A stretch of 64,000 bases of DNA from Syntrophales bacterium (GTDB lineage Bacteria; Desulfobacterota; Syntrophia; Syntrophales; Fen-1087): contig JAXDBM010000093.1 in NCBI GenBank assembly GCA_034678725.1, forward strand, positions 6,798 through 70,797. Reading direction: 5' to 3'. A program made the translations under genes and the position numbers. Below are positions 8,310 to 17,487 of this stretch, piece by piece; position 1 is the first letter of the stretch; the number at the start of each line of letters is the position of its first letter. The notes beneath the pieces are model-generated. The model worked only from the letters and a program-made list of their open reading frames with translations. It was not told the origin of the DNA and did no database searches.

Positions 8310-8939
8310 CCGAGCAGCCAAGCGCCGCTTGATGGTTTTCGGGGCGTAGATCGGATAGACGCGCTGACCGGCGATGTCGAAGCCGTTCACATGGTCCCGC
8401 AGGTTCCACGGCCTTCCGTAGATGCTCACCTGCAGGGTCATCCGGCTCCCGGGGTTCCCGGTCTTGTGAATGGTCTCGGGACCGCAGACAGAATAGTTTT
8501 CGCCGGGCAGGATAGTCCTTCGGCCCGTTTCCCGCAGACAGGCGTGTCCTTCGCGCGAGCCGTCGTCGAGCCGGCGGTAATTGACGATCTCCAGTCCGCC
8601 CGCGACCGGCCCCACAACCCCCCAGGAATTGTGATCATGGACGGGATCGTAGACCCCCGGCTCCCAGAAAAACAGCCGAACTGAAAAGAGCTGTTTCGGG
8701 TCACGGTAAAGAATCACCTCGCTGTCGAACATCGTGGCGTAGCGAAGATCGGGATAGGGCGCATCGGCGACCATGCCTTCTAGAATGGAGCGAAACAGGG
8801 ATTTGTCCGACATGAGCCGGGGCAGCATCCCGGAGACGAACCGAATGCATTCCCCTCTGTCCGGCTGGCCGGACAGGCCGGCAGCGCAGGCTTCACAGAA
8901 CGCGATCAGCGCCTCAGGCGGCCGCGGGGAAACGGTCAT
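8292..8939 (-). CDS. Cupin-fold metalloprotein (cysteine dioxygenase type I-like)
   Basis: MTVSPRPPE...DPVHDHNSWGVVG...ETIHKTGN gives an HxH...H pattern in a beta-rich sequence. I trimmed the 306-aa track ORF to ATG 8939, which forms an ATGA overlap with the stop of the upstream gene. Confidence 0.55.
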   Translation of the reverse strand: MTVSPRPPEALIAFCEACAAGLSGQPDRGECIRFVSGMLPRLMSDKSLFRSILEGMVADAPYPDLRYATMFDSEVILYRDPKQLFSVRLFFWEPGVYDPVHDHNSWGVVGPVAGGLEIVNYRRLDDGSREGHACLRETGRRTILPGENYSVCGPETIHKTGNPGSRMTLQVSIYGRPWNLRDHVNGFDIAGQRVYPIYAPKTIKRRLAARSLSDL

Positions 8940-9853
8940 GATGTTTTGTTCTCCTCGATGATTTTTTCCGCGACCCTGCGCAGGTCGGCCAGCGAGAGGG
9001 CGTCTTCTTCCGCAATCAAGCTGCCGTGGGACCGGATATGCGCCCAGGCCCGGTAGGCGGGATCGTTCGTATCCGCCGGGGCTGTCGTTTCCCGCCGATA
9101 GTGATTCAGGCTTTTCTCCCGCCCGTAGAGGATGCGGTCCACGCCCACGGGACAGACCTTGATGCAGATGCCGCAGGGGTAGCAGCCCCTCTCCGTCAGG
9201 GCGCGCGCCCATTCGGCACAGGACCGCGCATTGTAATCCGCCACGACCATCTTCCGTTCGGCAAGCTCCTCTTGAGTGATCCGCAGCGCCCGGACAGGAC
9301 AGAGACGGACGCAGACGCCGCAGCGGATGCAGTGATTTTTCGACGGCGGCGGATCGGCCGGCAGCCGGGCCGCGGTGAAAACGGATGCGAAGCGAACGCG
9401 GGGGCCAAAGGCCTCCGTGAGGACCGTATTGTTGATCCCCTTGTGGCCGATGCCGCTGTAATGGGCGGCAAACCCATGGGCAAAAGCCGCGGCCGGCTTT
9501 CGAATCAGGACATGGATGTTTGCATATCCGTCACGACTCAGGGGGATCGCGGCCTGGCCGCGATGGTTCAGCCAGCGCGTCAGGGAGAAGGCGAGATCGT
9601 CCAGCGCCCGGTTGCAGGTGTTGTAAAGATCGCGGTGCTGAACGGATGGCGTCGTCTCGACAACCGGCAGGGGCATTTGAATGCCGAGGACGATCACGGT
9701 GCGGGTCATGGGCCACAGGGCGTCGGGCCGATAGGGAGCGGGTACGCGGCCATCCTCGTGCCAGCGGTCGACCGAAGCGAAGCCGACCAGGTCCGCGCCC
9801 CGTTCAAGCAGATACGACGTGATTTCCCTTTTCAGATCTCCATCGGTCATCAC
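8936..9853 (-). CDS. 4Fe-4S dicluster protein of the epoxyqueuosine reductase (QueG)/reductive dehalogenase-like superfamily
   Basis: 305-aa ORF. The N-terminus LKREITSYLLERGADLVGFASVDRW is typical of QueG-like proteins. Two ferredoxin motifs are present: CIRCGVCVRLCP and CGICIKVCP. Confidence 0.6.
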   Translation of the reverse strand: MMTDGDLKREITSYLLERGADLVGFASVDRWHEDGRVPAPYRPDALWPMTRTVIVLGIQMPLPVVETTPSVQHRDLYNTCNRALDDLAFSLTRWLNHRGQAAIPLSRDGYANIHVLIRKPAAAFAHGFAAHYSGIGHKGINNTVLTEAFGPRVRFASVFTAARLPADPPPSKNHCIRCGVCVRLCPVRALRITQEELAERKMVVADYNARSCAEWARALTERGCYPCGICIKVCPVGVDRILYGREKSLNHYRRETTAPADTNDPAYRAWAHIRSHGSLIAEEDALSLADLRRVAEKIIEENKTS

Positions 9854-10143
9854 AACGACCCCTGTTTATTCAAGGTTCGAATTCCTCATGTGCATAACAT
9901 GAATTCGGGCAGCCCGTCCATTTGAAAACAGCCGGCGAATTTCCCCGAAAAACTTCCTGAAAAACGGCTTGATATTTGCGGGGCTCCGGAATATCTTGCG
10001 GTTCGGATTTTGTGATCCGCCGGCGATTCGGGCGGCAAGCCGCTTCATCTGACCGACCCGTCTGCCGCACCATGTTCCGGAAATGAAGCCATCCTGCCGA
10101 GGAGAAAACAAGACCCGGATCATCCCCCATCCGCAAACCCATC

Positions 10144-10941
10144 ATGAAGAACGGAGGTGCCCCTGTGGAAGTCACCGTGGAGAATCGCGGCCCCGTCCGC
10201 ACCATCATCATCAACCGTCCCGGCTCCCGGAACGCCGTGAACCGGGAGACAGCCGATCAGCTCGCCGAGGCCTTCCGCGCCTTTGAGAGCGACGAGACCG
10301 CCTCCGTTGCGGTGCTCTTCGGCGCGGGGGGGCATTTCTGCGCCGGCGCAGACCTGAAGGCAATCTCGGAAGGGCTTGCCGAAAACGTCAACCGGCTCAA
10401 TAAGGACATGTCCCAGGACGGCCCCATGGGGCCGACGCGAATGACCCTGTCGAAGCCGGTCATCGCCGCGATTTCGGGCTATGCCGTGGCCGGAGGCCTC
10501 GAGCTGGCCTGCTGGTGCGATCTGCGGGTTGCCGAGCGGAATGCCATCCTCGGCGTCTTCTGCCGGCGCTTCGGCGTTCCCCTCATCGACGGGGGAACCC
10601 TGCGGCTGCCGAGACTGATCGGATTGAGCCGCGCTCTTGACCTCATCCTGACGGGGCGGCCGGTCGATGCGGAGGAAGCCCTGGCCATGGGACTCGTCAA
10701 CCGCGTGGTGGAGAACGGGGAGGCACGGCGGGCGGCCGAGACACTGGCCTCCCAAATCGCCGCGCACCCCCAGGTCTGCATGCGCAGCGACCGGGAGTCC
10801 GCCCACCGCGGTTGCGATCTGCCGCTGGGAGAGGCGATGGCGCTTGAATTTCAGATGGGCATGCGTGTCATCCGCAGCGGCGAAACCGTCACCGGAGCCA
10901 GGCAGTTCAGCGGCGGTCGGGGCAAACACGGGAAATTCTGA
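10144..10941 (+). CDS. Enoyl-CoA hydratase/isomerase (crotonase) family protein
   Basis: 265-aa ORF with the crotonase core: FCAGADLKA...KPVIAAISGYAVAGGLELACWCDLRVA. Confidence 0.9.
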   Translation: MKNGGAPVEVTVENRGPVRTIIINRPGSRNAVNRETADQLAEAFRAFESDETASVAVLFGAGGHFCAGADLKAISEGLAENVNRLNKDMSQDGPMGPTRMTLSKPVIAAISGYAVAGGLELACWCDLRVAERNAILGVFCRRFGVPLIDGGTLRLPRLIGLSRALDLILTGRPVDAEEALAMGLVNRVVENGEARRAAETLASQIAAHPQVCMRSDRESAHRGCDLPLGEAMALEFQMGMRVIRSGETVTGARQFSGGRGKHGKF

Positions 10942-10958
10942 ATCGGTCTGGAGCGGGA

Positions 10959-11600
10959 ATGAACATCTATGCCGTCGCCGACCTTCACGGCCGCCGGGAA
11001 AGACTGGATCGGATCGGCAGCCATGCGGCGCGTCTGCGGCCCGATGTGGTTGTGATCGCCGGAGATATCACCGGACAAGGGGACCACGACGCCCTGCTTC
11101 ACCGGTTGAACGACCTCCCCGCCCCGCTTCTGACCGTTCGCGGCAACATGGATTCTCGGGAAATGGAAACGCTTCTGGACAGATATGCAAACATCCTGTC
11201 CCTCGACCGCGGGGAGGCAACCATCCAGGGAGTTCACTTCGTGGGATTGGGCGGGACGATTCCCATCCCCTTCAGCTCGAAAATCTGTCTTCGGGAGAGG
11301 CGCCGCATCGAAGAAACGGATCACCTGATCGGGCGGAACTCCGTGCTGGTGGCCCACCCCCCGCCCTACGGGACCCTCGACGAGGGTTTCGGGAACCTTC
11401 ATGCCGGGAGCCGCGGGCTGCGGCGTCTGATCCTGGACAGGCAGCCCCGCCTGTTCATCTGTGGGCATATCCACGAAAGGCCGGGATGGGCCTTCCTGGG
11501 AAAAACACTGGTCGTGAACTGCAGCATGGGCCGGAGCGGCGCGGGCGCATGGATCGGCATGGAAACGGGCCGTGAGCCCACGGTCGAAATGCTGGCATGA
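10959..11600 (+). CDS. Metallophosphoesterase (calcineurin-like)
   Basis: MNIYAVADLHGR...VVIAGDITGQG...RGNMD...GHIHE motifs. Confidence 0.8.
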   Translation: MNIYAVADLHGRRERLDRIGSHAARLRPDVVVIAGDITGQGDHDALLHRLNDLPAPLLTVRGNMDSREMETLLDRYANILSLDRGEATIQGVHFVGLGGTIPIPFSSKICLRERRRIEETDHLIGRNSVLVAHPPPYGTLDEGFGNLHAGSRGLRRLILDRQPRLFICGHIHERPGWAFLGKTLVVNCSMGRSGAGAWIGMETGREPTVEMLA

Positions 11601-11698
11601 TTTGCATTGAAATCCTCCCGGGTTGATTGTATCATTTGGCCTATGCGGACTGGAAACATTCGCATTCATCAATAAAACAGAATCGTGAGGTGAACGGA

Positions 11699-11980
11699 AT
11701 GCCGGCAAACCATGTGGAGGGCAACGACAAGGGACACATCATGCTTTACGCGCTCAGCACCTGTGGCTGGTGCAAAAAGACCAAGGGACTTCTTGAAGCG
11801 TTGAATGTCGACTTTTATTACACGAATGTCGACCAGCTCGAGGGAGACGAAAGAATGGAAGCCCTCGAAGAGATGAAAAAGTGGAACCCCCGCCGTTCTT
11901 TTCCGTCTCTCGTTATCAACAACAGCCGATGCATCATCGGCTATGACGAAGTCAAAATCCGGGAAGTCCTGAAGTCATGA
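11699..11980 (+). CDS. Glutaredoxin-like (NrdH/YruB-type) small thiol-disulfide protein
   Basis: [19 protein letters not shown] carries a CxxC motif in a thioredoxin-fold context. ATG 11699 is preceded by GAGGTG. The track ORF begins at 11627. The stop overlaps the next gene's start (ATGA). Confidence 0.75.
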   Translation: MPANHVEGNDKGHIMLYALSTCGWCKKTKGLLEALNVDFYYTNVDQLEGDERMEALEEMKKWNPRRSFPSLVINNSRCIIGYDEVKIREVLKS

Positions 11981-12471
11981 CGGAACCGAACGTGGAGCGG
12001 ACTTACGAACGGCTGAAGAGGGAAGCCGAGGCTTCGGGATACCGCCTGACCCCCGATGCCGACTTTGTCCGGGAATTGATCCGGGGCCTGCTGGCCAACG
12101 AAGCACGGTACGGCTACCGGGCCTGTCCATGCCGCCTGGCGTCGGGAGACCGGGCGGAGGACCTGGACATCGTCTGCCCCTGCGATTACCGGGACGCGGA
12201 CCTGGAAGAATACGGCGCCTGCTATTGTTCCCTGTACGTTTCCGACGCCGTCGCCCGGGGCGAAAAGACGGTCGGCGCCATTCCCGAGAGGAGGCCTTTT
12301 CCGGAAGAGCGCGCAACGCAACCGCAGATGGCTGCCGACTTTTCCGGAAAGACCCTTTCCCATCCGGTCTGGCGCTGCCGGGTCTGCGGCTACCTCTGCG
12401 CCCGGGATGAAGCGCCTGGGGTCTGCCCGATCTGCAAGGCAAAAAAGGAACGATTCGAGCGCTTCCTGTAA
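11977..12471 (+). CDS. Ferredoxin:thioredoxin reductase catalytic-subunit-like domain fused to a C-terminal rubredoxin-type domain (FDR-like)
   Basis: ACPCRLASG...[23 protein letters not shown] shows a CPC...CPC...CYC arrangement. The C-terminus has WRCRVCGY...GVCPICKA (CxxC...CxxC, rubredoxin-like). Confidence 0.75.
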   Translation: MTEPNVERTYERLKREAEASGYRLTPDADFVRELIRGLLANEARYGYRACPCRLASGDRAEDLDIVCPCDYRDADLEEYGACYCSLYVSDAVARGEKTVGAIPERRPFPEERATQPQMAADFSGKTLSHPVWRCRVCGYLCARDEAPGVCPICKAKKERFERFL

Positions 12472-12502
12472 AAAAACGGGGGCCCGCTTGCGCAGGCCCC
12501 CG
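12470..12502 (-). terminator. Rho-independent terminator after groEL
   Basis: The minus strand reads CGGGGGCC-tgcgcaagcg-GGCCCCCG followed by TTTTTTT. It sits between the convergent FDR-like gene and groEL. Confidence 0.75.
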
Positions 12503-12523
12503 CAGAAAATCAGAGCATTCTGC

Positions 12524-14164
12524 TCAGTAGTCGTAATCGCCCATGTCGGGAGGCATACCGCCTCCGGGCATCGGAGCCGGGGCCTTCTTCTTCGGCACCT
12601 CGGCGACCATGGCCTCCGTGGTCAGGAGCAGGGAAGCCACGGACGAGGCATTCTGCAGGGCGAAACGGACGACCTTCGTCGGATCGATGATCCCCGCGGA
12701 CAGCATGTCCTCGTATTCGCCCTTTTCCGCGTTGAACCCGTAAGCCCCCTTCCCTTGCCGGACCTTCTCGACCACGATGGAGCCCTCAAAACCGGCGTTG
12801 TCGGCAATCTGCCGAACCGGCTCCTCGATCGCGCGGCGAATGATATTCAGGCCGTGCTGCTCGTCGTTGCCCAGCTTCGCCCTCTCCAAGGCACCCAGTG
12901 TCCGCAGCAGCGCCACGCCGCCACCGGGAACGATGCCCTCCTCGACGGCCGCGCGGGTCGCGTTGAGTGCGTCCTCCACGCGCGCCTTTTTCTCCTTCAT
13001 CTCCAGTTCCGTCGCCGCGCCGACCTTGATGACCGCAACGCCGCCGACCAGTTTGGCCAATCGTTCCTGAAGCTTTTCCCGGTCATAGTCGGAGGTGGTC
13101 TCCTCGATCTGCGCGCGGATCTGTTTCACCCGTCCTTCGATATCCGCCTTGCGGCCCGCGCCGTCCACGATGGTGGTGTTGTCCTTGTCGATGGATACGC
13201 GCTTGCAGGTCCCAAGGTCCTGCAACGCTACGTTTTCCAGCTTGATGCCCAGATCCTCGGAGATTACCTTGCCGCCGGTCAGGATGGCGATGTCCTCCAG
13301 CATGGCCTTCCGGCGGTCTCCGAAGCCGGGGGCCTTGACGGCGGAGCACTTGAGCGTGCCGCGGAGTTTGTTGACCACCAGTGTCGCCAGGGCCTCGCCC
13401 TCCAGGTCTTCTGCGATGATCAGCAGGGGCCTGCCGGTCCGGGCGATCTGTTCCAGAATGGGGATCATGTCCTTCATGACACTGATCTTCTTTTCATAAA
13501 GCAGGATATAGGGGTCATCCAGATTGGTCTCCATCTTCTCCGCATCGGTCACGAAATAGGGCGAAACATATCCCCGGTCGAACTGCATCCCCTCCACCAG
13601 TTCGAGGTCGGTCTCCATGCCCTTGTTCTCCTCGACCGTGATGACTCCCTCCTTGCCGACCTTTTCCATCGCCTCCGAAATGATATCACCGATGGTCCGG
13701 TCGTTGTTGGCGGAAATCGTTCCGACCTGCGAGATTTCCTTTTTGTCCTGGATCGGCTTGGACATCTTCTTCAGTTCGTCGACGACGATGTTGACGCTCT
13801 TTTCAATGCCCTTCTTCAGCGCCATCGGGTTCATGCCCGCCACGACCAGCTTCGATCCCTCGCGATAAATGGCCTGGGCCAGGATGGTGGCCGTGGTGGT
13901 GCCGTCGCCCGCCTTGTCCGAAGTCTTGGAGGCCACTTCCTTCACCATCTGCGCCCCCATATTTTCGAACTTGTTTTCCAGTTCGATTTCCTTGGCAACG
14001 GTCACTCCGTCTTTGGTAATGGTCGGGGCTCCCCAGGACTTCGCAATCAGCACGTTGCGCCCCTTCGGTCCCAAAGTGACCTTGACCGCGTTCGCCAGAG
14101 TATCCACCCCTTTCATGATCTTTTCACGCGCCACGACGTCATATTTGATTTCTTTTGCAGCCAT
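12524..14164 (-). CDS. groL: Chaperonin GroEL (Cpn60)
   Basis: 546 aa, [38 protein letters not shown]...[12 protein letters not shown]. The C-terminal tail is Gly/Met-rich. Confidence 0.98.
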   Translation of the reverse strand: MAAKEIKYDVVAREKIMKGVDTLANAVKVTLGPKGRNVLIAKSWGAPTITKDGVTVAKEIELENKFENMGAQMVKEVASKTSDKAGDGTTTATILAQAIYREGSKLVVAGMNPMALKKGIEKSVNIVVDELKKMSKPIQDKKEISQVGTISANNDRTIGDIISEAMEKVGKEGVITVEENKGMETDLELVEGMQFDRGYVSPYFVTDAEKMETNLDDPYILLYEKKISVMKDMIPILEQIARTGRPLLIIAEDLEGEALATLVVNKLRGTLKCSAVKAPGFGDRRKAMLEDIAILTGGKVISEDLGIKLENVALQDLGTCKRVSIDKDNTTIVDGAGRKADIEGRVKQIRAQIEETTSDYDREKLQERLAKLVGGVAVIKVGAATELEMKEKKARVEDALNATRAAVEEGIVPGGGVALLRTLGALERAKLGNDEQHGLNIIRRAIEEPVRQIADNAGFEGSIVVEKVRQGKGAYGFNAEKGEYEDMLSAGIIDPTKVVRFALQNASSVASLLLTTEAMVAEVPKKKAPAPMPGGGMPPDMGDYDY

Positions 14165-14175
14165 GATGATCCCTC

Positions 14176-14466
14176 CTATGACTCAATCACGCCGAGGATG
14201 TCGTCTTCCCTCATCATGAGGTGTTCCTCACCGTAAATTTTGATTTCCGTTCCGGCATAGCGGCCGAAAAGAATCCGGTCCCCTTTTTTCACATCCATGG
14301 CGATCCGTTTCCCCTTCTTGTCCCGCCGGCCGTTGCCGACCGCAACGACCCGGCCCTCCTGAGGCTTCTCCTTGGCCGTATCGGGGATGATGATCCCGCC
14401 CGCGGTTTTCTCATCGCTTTCGATCCGCTTCACCAGAACCTGATCATGCAATGGTTGAATGTTCAT
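14176..14466 (-). CDS. groES: Co-chaperonin GroES (Cpn10)
   Basis: 96 aa, [46 protein letters not shown]. It lies immediately upstream of groEL. Confidence 0.97.
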   Translation of the reverse strand: MNIQPLHDQVLVKRIESDEKTAGGIIIPDTAKEKPQEGRVVAVGNGRRDKKGKRIAMDVKKGDRILFGRYAGTEIKIYGEEHLMMREDDILGVIES

Positions 14467-14557
14467 GGACTACCTCCTTGAATGAATGGCATTGATTTGC
14501 TTTTGAAAATTCTTCGCTTTTGGGATTATTCTAACCCGAAACCGTTGCAACTATTGG

Positions 14558-14617
14558 ATACAACGTGCGTAATTGCATACAGCGTGCGTAATTTAGCCAT
14601 TAAACGCAAGTTGTCAA
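14558..14617 (-). promoter_or_regulatory. Candidate groESL promoter (TTGACA-16 nt-TAAATT) with a tandem 17-bp direct repeat overlapping the -10 and early transcript
   Basis: The minus strand reads cccTTGACAacttgcgtttaatggcTAAATTACGCACGCTGTATgcAATTACGCACGTTGTAT. The repeat copies lie at 14577-14593 and 14558-14574 and are 16/17 identical. Confidence 0.4.
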
Positions 14618-14776
14618 GGGTTCCGGAAGCGAAAATTCGACAGCCAGGGAGCCACATCGCTGAAAATGCCGCCGTGACGAGACCCGCATGGATCCGTCCG
14701 GAAGATATCTCTTTATGATTATTTATTTTCTTGGTATAAGGGTACAGACAAACAAAAGGGGAAGGAGGGTTCCGAC

Positions 14777-15172
14777 ATGGCGAAGGCGGTAAAAGCAAAG
14801 CAGCTCATTTTCTCTCTGCCCAACAAGATTGGGTTGCTCTCAGAGGTCGCGACAGCCATTGCCGCGGCAAATGTCAACATTGAAGCGGTCTGTGCCTATG
14901 AGAGAGGGTACGGATATTTCATGATGGTCACGGATAACAACGCAAAGGCGAAAAGGATCCTCTCAAAAATGGGGGCCGAGGTGCATGTGGAAGACGTGCT
15001 TTCCCTTGAGGTGCCGAACAAGGTCGGACAGCTCGAAAAAGTCGCAAAAAAAATCGCCGATGCCGGCATTGACATTCATTTTGTCTATGGAAGCCCGGGA
15101 AAGGGGAAAACGGCGACGCTCGTCCTGAAAACGGCGAATGACCGGAAAACGGCAAAGGTCATCGCTGCATAA
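14777..15172 (+). CDS. ACT domain-containing protein (two tandem ACT-like halves)
   Basis: 131 aa. LPNKIGLLSEVATAIAAANVNIEAV and VPNKVGQLEKVAKKIADAGIDIHFV are repeated halves. A strong RBS (GGAAGGAGGG) is present. Confidence 0.7.
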   Translation: MAKAVKAKQLIFSLPNKIGLLSEVATAIAAANVNIEAVCAYERGYGYFMMVTDNNAKAKRILSKMGAEVHVEDVLSLEVPNKVGQLEKVAKKIADAGIDIHFVYGSPGKGKTATLVLKTANDRKTAKVIAA

Positions 15173-15236
15173 AGCCGGTCCGATGAAATCAAAAACCCGC
15201 CACCTTTTTTGCGAACAGGGATGCTGAGGGACTGCC

Positions 15237-16310
15237 ATGGAACGGATCGATGAAAAGCGAGCAAGGCTCGTCCAGACACTTTTCCCCGCCGGGATTCCAA
15301 GGCTCTGGTGTCCGCTGCTGACCCACTACAAGAAAGACGGCTCGATCGATTTTGACCGGATATCCGCTCATTTCCGCCACATCCTTCCCTTCGTCAAGGG
15401 CTTTCTCATTCCGGGATCGACGGGCGATGGGTGGGAGCTGAACGACGGGGAAACCCGGCAGGTCACGGAATTCGCGCTGTGGCTGGCCAGGGAGGAAGGC
15501 GTCAGCCTTCTTCTCGGAGCCTTGAAGCGGGACGCCGAATCCATGAAGAGGACCATCGAGGACATGATCACCCTGCTCGGTCCGGCGGCGGCAGTCGGCG
15601 CGGGCGACCGGATCCAAACGCTCGGAAACCATCATGTCTGCGGGTTTACCGTTTGTCCGCCGGAAGGAAAAACGCGATCCCAGGCAGACATCCAATCGGG
15701 GTTGTCCGAAATCCTGGACATGGGGCTTCCGACAGCCCTCTACCAGCTCCCCCAGGTGACCGGCAACGAGGTTTCTCCGGAAACCTTCGGCAGGCTGGCC
15801 GGGATGTATCCCAACCTGATCCTCTTCAAGGATTCAAGCGGCCGGGACGGCATTGCGGCTTCCGACACAGACAAGGGAGGCGTCTTTCTCGTGCGGGGCG
15901 CCGAGGGCGACTACGCCCGCTGGCTTCTTGAGGCCGGCGGACCCTACGCGGGATTTCTGCTCAGTACGGCGAACTGTTTTCCCCGGGAGCTGAAAACGCT
16001 GATCGAAGACCTGGAACGGGGAGAGCGGGAAAAGGCAAGGATCCTGTCGGAAAGGCTCTCGGCAGCCATCCGCGACGTCTTTGCCCTGGTGAATGGATTA
16101 CCCTGCGGCAATGCCTTTACGAATGCCAACAAATCTATCGACCACTTCCGGGCCTTCGGACCGGCCGCGGATGCAAATGACGGGCCGCTGCTTCACGGAA
16201 GACAGACCATCCCGGCCGATATCCTGGCGGCGACCGGGGCGATCCTCACCCGCTTGGGCCTCATGCCCGAAAGGGGATACATGGAATCGGCGGGTGCGGC
16301 AACTGCGTGA
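15237..16310 (+). CDS. Dihydrodipicolinate synthase/N-acetylneuraminate lyase family (class I aldolase) protein
   Basis: 357 aa with PGSTGDGWEL, LYQLPQVTG and LFKDSSGRDG (candidate Schiff-base Lys) motifs in family-typical order. Confidence 0.65.
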   Translation: MERIDEKRARLVQTLFPAGIPRLWCPLLTHYKKDGSIDFDRISAHFRHILPFVKGFLIPGSTGDGWELNDGETRQVTEFALWLAREEGVSLLLGALKRDAESMKRTIEDMITLLGPAAAVGAGDRIQTLGNHHVCGFTVCPPEGKTRSQADIQSGLSEILDMGLPTALYQLPQVTGNEVSPETFGRLAGMYPNLILFKDSSGRDGIAASDTDKGGVFLVRGAEGDYARWLLEAGGPYAGFLLSTANCFPRELKTLIEDLERGEREKARILSERLSAAIRDVFALVNGLPCGNAFTNANKSIDHFRAFGPAADANDGPLLHGRQTIPADILAATGAILTRLGLMPERGYMESAGAATA

Positions 16311-16315
16311 AGAGA

Positions 16316-17194
16316 TCAGGCCGGACGGTTCATTGCGTCCAGCACCCGGTAGAGGGCCTGCGTCCCGTTCATCTCCAGACCCTCCGCCATGGCCGCGGTG
16401 TAGAACTGGTTGACAAGCGCAAGCCCGGGAAGAGACAGCTTCATTTTCCCCGCTTCCAGAAGGGCAATGCCCATATCCTTCACAAAATGCCGGATATAGA
16501 AGCCGGGCGCGAAGTCGCCCCGGACGATCCGCGGACCGAGATGGTTGATGGCCCAGGAGGAAGCCGCCCCCTTGCCGATGACCTCGATGACCCGTCCCGG
16601 GTCCAGTCCGGCCCTTCGGGCGTAGAGAAGGGACTCCACCACACCGATCATGGTGGAGGCCACCAGAATCTGGTTGCTCATCTTGGTGTGCTGCCCCATG
16701 CCCGGACCTCCCATGCGCGCAATGTTCGTTCCCATCCGTTCGAACAGGGGCAACACTCTTCGAAAAGCGTCCTCGTCCCCTCCCGTCATGATCGCCAGCG
16801 TTCCTTCACACGCCCCCACGTCTCCACCCGAGACCGGGGCGTCAAGCGACGAGACGGAACGGCTCTTTGCCTCGGCATAAATGCGCCGGGCCAGCGACGG
16901 TTCGGATGTGGTCATGTCGACAATGACGGAACCGGGACCGATGCGTTCCAGCACCCCATCCTTCCCCAGAATGACCGCCTCCACATCCGCCGGCCCGCCG
17001 ACCATGGTAAAGACGACATCGCTGCGGGACGCCACATCCCCCGGCGTTTCAAGCCATTCGGCCCCTCCGCGGCAGAGATCATCCGCCTTATCCTTCGTCC
17101 GGTTGTGAACGGAAACCGGATAGCCCTTTTTCAGGATGTGCCTGCACATCGATTTTCCCATGACGCCGGTGCCGATCCAGCCAATTCTTTCCAT
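16316..17194 (-). CDS. NAD(P)-dependent beta-hydroxyacid dehydrogenase (3-hydroxyisobutyrate / 2-hydroxy-3-oxopropionate reductase family)
   Basis: MERIGWIGTGVMGKSMCRHIL contains the GxGxxG fold motif, followed by DAPVSGG...GTLAIMTGG. I trimmed the 384-aa track ORF to ATG 17194, where similarity begins. Confidence 0.85.
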   Translation of the reverse strand: MERIGWIGTGVMGKSMCRHILKKGYPVSVHNRTKDKADDLCRGGAEWLETPGDVASRSDVVFTMVGGPADVEAVILGKDGVLERIGPGSVIVDMTTSEPSLARRIYAEAKSRSVSSLDAPVSGGDVGACEGTLAIMTGGDEDAFRRVLPLFERMGTNIARMGGPGMGQHTKMSNQILVASTMIGVVESLLYARRAGLDPGRVIEVIGKGAASSWAINHLGPRIVRGDFAPGFYIRHFVKDMGIALLEAGKMKLSLPGLALVNQFYTAAMAEGLEMNGTQALYRVLDAMNRPA

Positions 17195-17487
17195 CGTGCA
17201 ATCCTCTTCATATGGATGTGTTTCCGGATGGGGAGAAACGCCGTTTTCGCCCGCCCTGTTTTTCCGGAACTTTTTTTTCATAACACATCTCCCGGCGAAA
17301 TCGCCAAAAAAACGGTTTTCGACAGCGCATACATTCCCATCTGAAAATACCGCAGTGCCCCGATTGAAAATGTGATATGTTTCCACCATTAATCCAGCCG
17401 GTACCGGACACTTCAGGGGAAGGAGAAACGAAGGCCCGTGGTCCGATTCCATCGCCATCCTGTTGAGCATAGAAAGGCAGTTGAACC

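Noticed and set aside
12407-14236. A 609-aa plus-strand ORF antisense to groEL. Similar long antisense ORFs occur over the acyl-CoA ligase (6582-8144), tuf (47863-49113), rpoC (51503-53275), rpoB (54507-55811, 56004-56966), the HdrD-like gene (4993-6231), the dehydrogenase (16307-17344) and secY (37299-38465).
   Set aside because: All lie exactly opposite highly conserved genes. Their translations are low-complexity (rich in R, G, D, H and L) with no recognisable motifs. This is the expected stop-codon depletion on the antisense strand of GC-rich coding DNA.
14467-14776. Looked for a CIRCE element (TTAGCACTC-N9-GAGTGCTAA) or a sigma32 promoter upstream of groES
   Set aside because: I found neither by eye. 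The tandem direct repeat is reported instead. The absence needs confirming with a matrix scan.
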